DNA of 45,488 nt from a virus (taxonomy: Duplodnaviria > Caudoviricetes), in IMG/VR virus record IMGVR_UViG_3300016662_000110, positions 1 through 45,488 of that record, one strand, 5' to 3'. The notes beneath the pieces were generated by a model that saw only the letters and a list, made by a program, of their open reading frames with translations, had not been told where the DNA came from and searched no databases. Of the stretch, positions 8,394 through 15,060 are shown one piece after another. The position numbers and the translations under genes are program-made. Every line of letters starts with the position of its first letter. The stretch's first letter is position 1.

Positions 8394-8651
8394 ATGAACC
8401 CAGCAACAGAGATGCGCGAGGCACTAGTGGACGCTGTGGACTCAGCCAAAGGCCAGGTCGCGTTTGCATCAGCCATGTCGACTTCTGAGCGGCCTGTATC
8501 TCAACAAATTGTTTCTTATTGGTTGAAGCGAGGTTTTTTGCCTGCTGAGCTGGTTGTCCGAGCTGAGCTTATTACTGGCGTTTCGAGATTTAGGTTGCGC
8601 CCGGATGTGTTCTGCATCCCAAAAGATCTTGAGTCAATCCAAGCAGCATAG
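8394..8651 (+). CDS. cro: Cro/YdaS-like repressor
   Basis: Divergent from cI; GQVAFA...VSQQIVSYW...TGVSRFRLRPDVF. Confidence 0.88.
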   Translation: MNPATEMREALVDAVDSAKGQVAFASAMSTSERPVSQQIVSYWLKRGFLPAELVVRAELITGVSRFRLRPDVFCIPKDLESIQAA

Positions 8652-8655
8652 AAGG

Positions 8656-8812
8656 TATCGACCCAGAACCTCTCACCAAAGAAACGCAGGGTCGATAGAG
8701 CAATACAGTTCTAGAACTACATAGCTAAAAGGGTGCTGGACCGGAGCCTCTCACCAAAGATCCTCCGGTCCAGCGACGACGATACACAGCACATGTACAT
8801 CGGTCGTAGTCG
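8656..8812 (+). ncRNA. Structured element between cro and cII: two hairpins with CCTCTCACCAAAGA loops and a third presenting CACAGCACATG
   Basis: Stems TATCGACCC/GGGTCGATA (8656-8697) and GCTGGACCGGAG/CTCCGGTCCAGC (8735-8774) differ in sequence but share a 14-nt loop sequence. Confidence 0.6.
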
Positions 8813-8867
8813 TAGGATAGGGCGTGCCCTGTTTTATGGCTACACCGTAAAAGGGGTTTTTACGGTT

Positions 8868-9356
8868 ATGAGTCGCATCGATCTATTACCGGACGCTGGT
8901 CCGGTGCTTTCATTGCGTCACGCGCTCTATCGCGCAGGACGTTCCTACAAGGGTGGTGTCACCGCACTTGCATTCGCAATGGTGATCGACAACGACTCCC
9001 TGCAGAAGAAACTCAAACTCGACGAAGAACGCCGCTGGCTTACGCCGGATGAGCTGGAGGAGGTGATTCGCCTCACGGCTGATCCGCGTTTGCTCGATGC
9101 CTTAGTGCGTCCAGCCGGGGCCGTTTGGTACAAGCCAGCGCCAGTGCCTGCAACAAAAGAAGCGTTGAAAGCGGTAGGCAAGTTGCTTCATGAGTCTGGC
9201 GAGTTTGTGTCTTGCATGCACGACGGTGTGGCTGACGCAGTTTGGGAGTCACACGAAGTCGCCATTCTTGAGAAGCGAGGCATGGACGTTATCCGCGAGG
9301 TACTGGGCATCATGGCCGGCGCACGCCAGGCAATGGAGGATCGCTATAATGGCTGA
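8868..9356 (+). CDS. cII: Phage CII-family regulator (possible alternative in-frame start at 8793)
   Basis: YKGGVTALA...LQKKL...LT.DE...D.RLLDAL; located after cro. Confidence 0.75.
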   Translation: MSRIDLLPDAGPVLSLRHALYRAGRSYKGGVTALAFAMVIDNDSLQKKLKLDEERRWLTPDELEEVIRLTADPRLLDALVRPAGAVWYKPAPVPATKEALKAVGKLLHESGEFVSCMHDGVADAVWESHEVAILEKRGMDVIREVLGIMAGARQAMEDRYNG

Positions 9357-9555
9357 CATCGTTGATCTGGCTAATGACTATGCGGATGAGTTTTTACAGC
9401 GCGCTTTGGAGCAACGTCAGCGTGCTTCAGCATCCGCGGTCAGTGCATCAATCTGTGTTGATTGCGATGAACCGATACCAGTGCTCCGCCAGGAGAAGGT
9501 CAAAGGCTGCCAAACCTGCGTCAGTTGCCAAGAGTTGCGGGAGCGCCGCAGATGA
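9349..9555 (+). CDS. TraR/DksA C4 zinc-finger protein
   Basis: MADIVDLA...CVDCDEPIP..R...GCQTCVSCQ; GGAGG RBS. Confidence 0.9.
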   Translation: MADIVDLANDYADEFLQRALEQRQRASASAVSASICVDCDEPIPVLRQEKVKGCQTCVSCQELRERRR

Positions 9556-12266
9556 CCGATCGTTTTCACGCTGTGCCTATGGCGGCATGGGCACGACGCT
9601 ACATTGACACCTTCAAACTGGCACTTGTTGCCATCGAGCCGGGGGAGAAAGCTCCCAAAGGGTTGGGCTGGAATAAGCCCGGTGGTTACATCACTGATGC
9701 ACAGGCTGCCGAAGCCTTCTGGTCTGCGAATCCAACGCACAACCTTGGCGTGGTCTTAGGGCCGAGCCGTGTGTGCTCGTTAGACGTTGATGATGTCCAG
9801 TGGACACGCCACGTCTTGTACGAGTTGCTCGGCCTGGACTTGGACGCAATGGCGCTGGTGTACCCGACAGTAGTCGGTAACCCAGCGCGTTTTCGTATCC
9901 TGTTCCAGTTGCCGGATGGAATAGACCTCACGCGTCATTCGCTTGCATGGCCCAACGAAAACGACCCTGATGGGTCGATTTTTAAAGGTCTGATCGAGAA
10001 AGCCAAGGCGGCAAAAGAAGCAGGCGATTTGGACGGTGAAGCGGCTGCACGTGCCGAGGCAGAGCCCTACAAGCGGTTCACGGTTTTCGAGTTGCGCGCA
10101 GGCTTGGTGCAAGACGTATTGCCTCCTTCAATTCATCCCGGTACCGGTAAACCGTATACTTGGCGCACTCCACCCTCCGCTGATGGCCTGCCGGTGTTGA
10201 CCACCGACCTGCTGGCCATTTGGCAAAACTGGGACATTTTCAAACGTGATGCCGAGGCTGCTTGCCCTTGGGCGCCGAAGGCTGAAAAGGTCAAACCAAA
10301 GTCGAGCAAGTCGCCTACCCAAGTAACTGGTAATCGGCCTTCGGTGATTGATGAATTCAACCGCAGTCATGATGTTGAAGAATTACTGCGCACCCACGGG
10401 TACATCAAGCGCGGCAATAAATGGCTTTACCCGCAAAGCAGCACTGGGGTACCGGGTATCACCATCACCGATGACAAGCTGTATTCGCACCACGGCGCTG
10501 ATCCGTTGGCCAATGGTCACCAGAATGATGCGTTTGAGGTGTTCTGCCTGCTTGAGCACGGCGGCGATCAGCCCAAAGCGGTTAAAGATGCTGCACGCAT
10601 GTTGGGTATGCAGCAGTCGTCCCGGCCATCCCCGGCGGATCTTCCCCCGACCCCATCTGAGGATGCCAGCGGGCCGGGCGAATCCGTATCCGCCGCTGAG
10701 GCTCCTGCACCTGAGGGGGGCGGGGGGAGTGATTGGACGCCGGACCGAATTTTTCAGCGCTTCGCTTTGATCGAAGGCAAGACTGCCGTTTTCGACATGT
10801 TCAGGCGCGTCATTATCAAAAAGCCTGCGTTTGAATTGTTGGTCACCAAAGCGCTGGCCAAAGACTGGTTTGAGTCGACACAGAAAAAGGTCATCGCCGA
10901 TGACATGGCGGAGCGCCAAGCCAGCAAAGCCAAAGCAGAGGCCAAGTTCAAGCAGGTATCAGGGGAGGGCATGAGCCCGACCGAACGCTACGTCTATATA
11001 GACGGTACCAAAGACTCCTGGGACATTAAATGCCGCCGTCGAGTCCCCGAGGGTGCTATGCGTATGGCGTTGGGCGATGCCTATGGCATGTGGTTGAACA
11101 GCCCTGACCGGCGCACCGTGGACATGCAGCACATTGTGTTCGATCCACGTATGACCAAGGACCCGGAGGTGTACATCAATACCTTTGAGGGGCTGCCTTT
11201 GGTCCCGATCGATGCACCGAACAAGTGCCGCACCTTGCGCTCGCTGTTTAGTTTTTTGTGCAACCACGACGAAGCGGCAACTGATTGGTTGATCAAGTGG
11301 TTGGCATACCCGCTGCAAAACATCGGCGCCAAGATGGACACAGCCGTGTTGCTGCACTCGACCATGGAAGGCAGCGGAAAAAGTTTGTTGCTCAGCGACA
11401 TCATGGGCGCGATCTATGGCGAATACGCGGCCACAGTCGGGCAGTCACAACTGGAGTCGAGTTGGACGGTATGGCAGTCAAACAAGCTGTATGGCGTGTT
11501 CGAGGAAGTGGTTAGCCGTGACCAGCGTTACAACCAGGTGGGCAAGATCAAGCATATGGTCACCGGCAAGACGGTGCGTATGGAGTCCAAGTTTGTGAAT
11601 GGCTGGGAGGAAGCCAACCATATGAATGCGGTGTTCCTCTCCAACGAAATCATGCCCTGGCCCATTGGCGAAAATGACCGCCGGATGTTGGTGGTTTGGC
11701 CCAAGGAAACACTGGGGCCTGAAGAGCAGGAGAGGGTGAAGTACGAGTTGGCTAATGATGGCATCCCGGCGCTTTATGAATACCTGCTCAGTTATGACCT
11801 GGGTGACTTCGATCAGCGTACCCGTCCACCCAACACCGAAGCCCGCCAACGCTTGGTAGATTTGAGTATGGCCAGTTGGCAAACCTTTCTACGTGAATGG
11901 CGTAATGGCCTGCTGGGAGCACCATTTAGCGTGTGCGTTAGCAGTGATCTGTACGCGTTGTTTTTGGAGTGGTGCCACCGCAACAAGGAACACACCTTAA
12001 GTCATACCAAGTTCAGCGGATTCATCTCCACCGAAGTGGACAAGATTCAGGGCAAGCCCTGGATGGATGGTTCTCGACGATCCTTTGGTACGTTCTTCTT
12101 TCCCTGGGCGGGGATTGATCCTGCGCCTTCCCCACCCCCATCTGTGACAGCGGCCGGGCTCGGTGCGGCGGTCGTTACCTGGCGCGAAGCAGCCAAGGCC
12201 GGGGGCTGGAGTGTGGGCAGTTGGGAGCACGTCAAGTTCGGGCAGCGACAGGACAGCGCAGCATGA
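9552..12266 (+). CDS. Bifunctional primase-polymerase fused to an SF3/D5-like helicase
   Basis: Prim-Pol motifs (EKAP, NLG, SLDVD, VLPPSIHP); Walker A EGSGKS, FEE, FLSN, DRR. Confidence 0.9.
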   Translation: MTDRFHAVPMAAWARRYIDTFKLALVAIEPGEKAPKGLGWNKPGGYITDAQAAEAFWSANPTHNLGVVLGPSRVCSLDVDDVQWTRHVLYELLGLDLDAMALVYPTVVGNPARFRILFQLPDGIDLTRHSLAWPNENDPDGSIFKGLIEKAKAAKEAGDLDGEAAARAEAEPYKRFTVFELRAGLVQDVLPPSIHPGTGKPYTWRTPPSADGLPVLTTDLLAIWQNWDIFKRDAEAACPWAPKAEKVKPKSSKSPTQVTGNRPSVIDEFNRSHDVEELLRTHGYIKRGNKWLYPQSSTGVPGITITDDKLYSHHGADPLANGHQNDAFEVFCLLEHGGDQPKAVKDAARMLGMQQSSRPSPADLPPTPSEDASGPGESVSAAEAPAPEGGGGSDWTPDRIFQRFALIEGKTAVFDMFRRVIIKKPAFELLVTKALAKDWFESTQKKVIADDMAERQASKAKAEAKFKQVSGEGMSPTERYVYIDGTKDSWDIKCRRRVPEGAMRMALGDAYGMWLNSPDRRTVDMQHIVFDPRMTKDPEVYINTFEGLPLVPIDAPNKCRTLRSLFSFLCNHDEAATDWLIKWLAYPLQNIGAKMDTAVLLHSTMEGSGKSLLLSDIMGAIYGEYAATVGQSQLESSWTVWQSNKLYGVFEEVVSRDQRYNQVGKIKHMVTGKTVRMESKFVNGWEEANHMNAVFLSNEIMPWPIGENDRRMLVVWPKETLGPEEQERVKYELANDGIPALYEYLLSYDLGDFDQRTRPPNTEARQRLVDLSMASWQTFLREWRNGLLGAPFSVCVSSDLYALFLEWCHRNKEHTLSHTKFSGFISTEVDKIQGKPWMDGSRRSFGTFFFPWAGIDPAPSPPPSVTAAGLGAAVVTWREAAKAGGWSVGSWEHVKFGQRQDSAA

Positions 12267-12274
12267 CGACTATT

Positions 12275-12576
12275 TGTGTGCGGGGTGTGTTGACGGTGTG
12301 GCGGGTGATTACCTTCAACCTGACACAGCTACAGGCCACGTCTTTAAGGGCTTTCGGGATCAGTGTGTCAAGTGTGGTGGGTTTCTCGCACATGCGGGCG
12401 TATGTGCATGCTCAACAAACCAAAGACTGATGCTTATTAATTATTTCTCGTACGTGAGAAGAACCCCAACACACCTGACACACCCAGCACATAGAGCATT
12501 AAGAGTATGTTTTTAAAGGTTTTTAAGTGTGTTAGGTGTGTGTCGGGTTGGCTGTTTTCTGTGTCGGGTTGGGTTT
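12275..12576. repeat. Probable replication origin with GTGT-containing iterons in both orientations
   Basis: Non-coding stretch after the primase-helicase; repeats TGTGTCGGGTTGG x2, GTGTTAGG, CCTGACAC x2, CCAACAC around AT-rich patches. Confidence 0.6.
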
Positions 12577-12587
12577 TCAGGGGGTAG

Positions 12588-13076
12588 ATGGGGATGATTC
12601 ACGAAATCGAAGAGCTTATGCAGCACTGGGGCGAGCAGCATTGCCACGTTGGGGAGGCTGGTGGCTTGGGTAGCCCGATGGCCACGATCATGGAATACGG
12701 CGGCTGCGCTCCTCGGGGTACGGCCGGTTCACGTGATCTGTTGGTGGGAGCGGGCGCTGGCATGGATCACATTGCCAGCGAAGTGGCGGCGGCCGTTGCT
12801 GAGTTGGATCGCCAGTCAACCAAAGGCAAGCAATTGGCCCAGTTGGCCCGACTGCGTTACCTGCATCAACCATCGATGTCGCGACGTGAACAGATGCGGC
12901 TCCTCGACATCACCGAAGGGGCAGACCAAACGTATCGCAACTGGGTTAAACGTCTGCATCAACAAGTGATGCTGATCCTTACCGTTCGAAGCGGTACCAC
13001 TCGGGGTTACACCCGGCGCAGCGGCCACCAGGAAACCAATCTGACGCGTGCAACGGTGTTGAGCAAAGCCGGTTAA
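12588..13076 (+). CDS. Q-like late antiterminator/activator
   Basis: IEELMQHWG N-terminus and LARLRY...TYRNWV C-terminal HTH; lies just before the late leader and holin. Confidence 0.6.
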   Translation: MGMIHEIEELMQHWGEQHCHVGEAGGLGSPMATIMEYGGCAPRGTAGSRDLLVGAGAGMDHIASEVAAAVAELDRQSTKGKQLAQLARLRYLHQPSMSRREQMRLLDITEGADQTYRNWVKRLHQQVMLILTVRSGTTRGYTRRSGHQETNLTRATVLSKAG

Positions 13077-13274
13077 GCGCTGACCGTTTGTCGGGGTGAC
13101 TTACCTCAAACCTGCGTCAAAGTTGCGTCAAAGTGAGTAGAGCAGAATGACCGAAAATCCCCACTTTTCGGTTTTACCGAACAGGGGTAAAACGTACCCA
13201 CGATATGAATTCTGCGCCTAAGCGCTCCCCGAGCACGTGCTGTGCACCTCGCCCTGGTCTACACCAGCGCACTG

Positions 13275-13310
13275 AAAACCCTGCCCACCCCGGCGGGGTT
13301 TTCTTTTTTC
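13275..13310 (+). terminator. tR'-like terminator before the holin
   Basis: GAAAACCCTGCC-CACCCC-GGCGGGGTTTTC followed by T6. Confidence 0.8.
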
Positions 13311-13344
13311 AGCACCACGCGCCGCTCTTTGATTGAGGTCATAC

Positions 13345-13689
13345 ATGACAACAGAGCAACAAGCGTTAGCTGATATGCCGATCTGGCTCGTGATCGCACT
13401 GTCCTTGATTGGCGGTGTATCGGGTGAGATGTGGCGAGCGGATAAGGATGGTGCTCGGGGTTGGTCGTTGATCCGTCGCTTGGCCTTGCGGTCAGGTGCC
13501 TGCATCGGGTGCGGTCTATCCACGATGATGTTGCTGCACGCCAACGGCGTTTCGATTTGGGCGGCATCGGCGGTGGGCTGTCTCACGGCAATGGCCGGGG
13601 CGGACGTCGCCATTGGTCTTTACGAACGCTGGGCAGCCCGACGCCTCGGTGTTTGCGATGTGCCTTCTCAATCGGACCGCTCTGAATAA
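13345..13689 (+). CDS. Holin (pyocin-type)
   Basis: Multi-TM protein; LADMPIWL...GGVSGEMWRADK...AMAGADVAIGLYERW. Confidence 0.85.
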   Translation: MTTEQQALADMPIWLVIALSLIGGVSGEMWRADKDGARGWSLIRRLALRSGACIGCGLSTMMLLHANGVSIWAASAVGCLTAMAGADVAIGLYERWAARRLGVCDVPSQSDRSE

Positions 13690-13725
13690 CTTAGTCACAT
13701 CCACTTGTTGAACAGGACTCCAGAC

Positions 13726-14226
13726 ATGAATGAATCCAGGCAGCAGCAGATGCTGGCAGGGCAATCGTCGATTGCTCAAAAAGTCTTTGGCCATGTCCCC
13801 ATTCAAGCGCGCTGGAGCGCTCGCGATATCCACGGCGCAGTGCTGGCTGCCAACGCCAGTGGTGCATCGGCCTATGCCGTTCGCCGGGCACTCGGTGAGC
13901 TCAAAGATGCTGGGCTTATCAGAGAGCCAATAGGCGGAAAGTTTCAGCGCGATGTAGCCACCCCTAAATCCAAGAAGGAGACCGCCATGCCTCAGGCAGC
14001 CAAGCAGACCGTTGTATCGATCAAGAAACCTGAAGGTGCACTAGATGTTCTGGCGGCCCTGTCGGGTGAGGTGGTGAGTCTGTCTGATGAGTTCAGCAAG
14101 CGCATGAAGGCGTTGGCTAGCCGCATCGAAGAGGTTGCCCTGTCGGTTGAGTCTGAGCGGGAGAGCAATGCTGAAGCAATCACCAAGGCCAAGCGCTTGC
14201 AAGAGGCGCTGCGGGAGTTTGCGTAA
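13726..14226 (+). CDS. Hypothetical protein (winged-helix-like N-terminus, coiled-coil C-terminus)
   Basis: VRRALGELKDAGLIRE..GG.FQR wing-like pattern; heptad-rich C-terminus. Confidence 0.65.
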   Translation: MNESRQQQMLAGQSSIAQKVFGHVPIQARWSARDIHGAVLAANASGASAYAVRRALGELKDAGLIREPIGGKFQRDVATPKSKKETAMPQAAKQTVVSIKKPEGALDVLAALSGEVVSLSDEFSKRMKALASRIEEVALSVESERESNAEAITKAKRLQEALREFA

Positions 14227-14311
14227 ACATCAGCAGCCAAGCTCTCAGGCCCTGTGAAATTCTTCCCTGTTCTCGCCAATCAGAATAATTCCCATCTCTC
14301 AAATCTTGCCG

Positions 14312-14438
14312 GGGACCCTGGGGAATATCCGGGGGTACGGGGCAGGAAACCCGCGGGAAATCGTTAGCCGCAGGGCTGGCAGCTTATTGAAATTCAATCC
14401 ATTGAAATTGAAAGGCTTGCATTGAAAAGCCGTTGAAA
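14312..14438 (+). other. Lambda-like cos site (cosQ-cosN-cosB)
   Basis: GGGACCC...TACG^GGGCAGGAAACC-CGCGGG parallels lambda GGGTCCT...TTACG^GGGCGGCGACCT-CGCGGG; five TTGAAA repeats follow; directly upstream of terS. Confidence 0.75.
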
Positions 14439-14448
14439 AGGAGGGCTT

Positions 14449-15057
14449 GTGACAGACCCTATCTTTCTGTCGAAGAGCGCCTTTGCGGCTTACATCGGCA
14501 AGGCGCCGAGCTACATCACCTGGCTCAGAAAGAACAATCGACTGGTCCTGTCGACGGATGAAAGACAGGTCAATGTTGAAGAAACCATCGCGCTGATCCG
14601 CGAAACCGCCGACCCCACTAAAGCCGCCGTCGCGGCTCGGCATCAAGAGGGCCGAGTGCAGCGCGACGTGATCAGCCAGTTATCCCCGCTGGTCGAATCC
14701 ACGCCGAACATGGCTGCGCCGCAGCCCGCCATCGGCCCGACCGGCAAGCAACCCGACTTCCAAAAAGCCCGTGCCCACCGCGAGTACTACCTGGCGCAGT
14801 TGGCCGAGGCCGAATTCCACAAGGTTCAGGGTTCACAGGTCGAGCTGGAGGCAGTCAAAACTGGTGCCTTCAACGCGGGGCGCCTGCTGCGCGATCAGTT
14901 GCTGGGCATGCCCCCGCAACTGGCGCCGGAGTTGGCCGCCATGACTGACCCTTGGGAAATCGAGCGCCGTCTGACCGCTGCCATTCGCGCCTCGCTGGAG
15001 GACGCTGAGCGCATGTCCTCGGCTGACCTGGTTCACGCCCTCAACAACAAGAGCTAA
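14449..15057 (+). CDS. Terminase small subunit
   Basis: N-terminal HTH (SKSAFAAYIG...YIT.L) and Nu1-like C-terminal helices; precedes the large subunit. Confidence 0.85.
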   Translation: MTDPIFLSKSAFAAYIGKAPSYITWLRKNNRLVLSTDERQVNVEETIALIRETADPTKAAVAARHQEGRVQRDVISQLSPLVESTPNMAAPQPAIGPTGKQPDFQKARAHREYYLAQLAEAEFHKVQGSQVELEAVKTGAFNAGRLLRDQLLGMPPQLAPELAAMTDPWEIERRLTAAIRASLEDAERMSSADLVHALNNKS

Positions 15058-15060
15058 TCC

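Noticed and set aside
8656-8774. Mini CRISPR array
   Set aside because: Only two 14-nt repeats, which are hairpin loops rather than palindromic repeats, and no cas genes.
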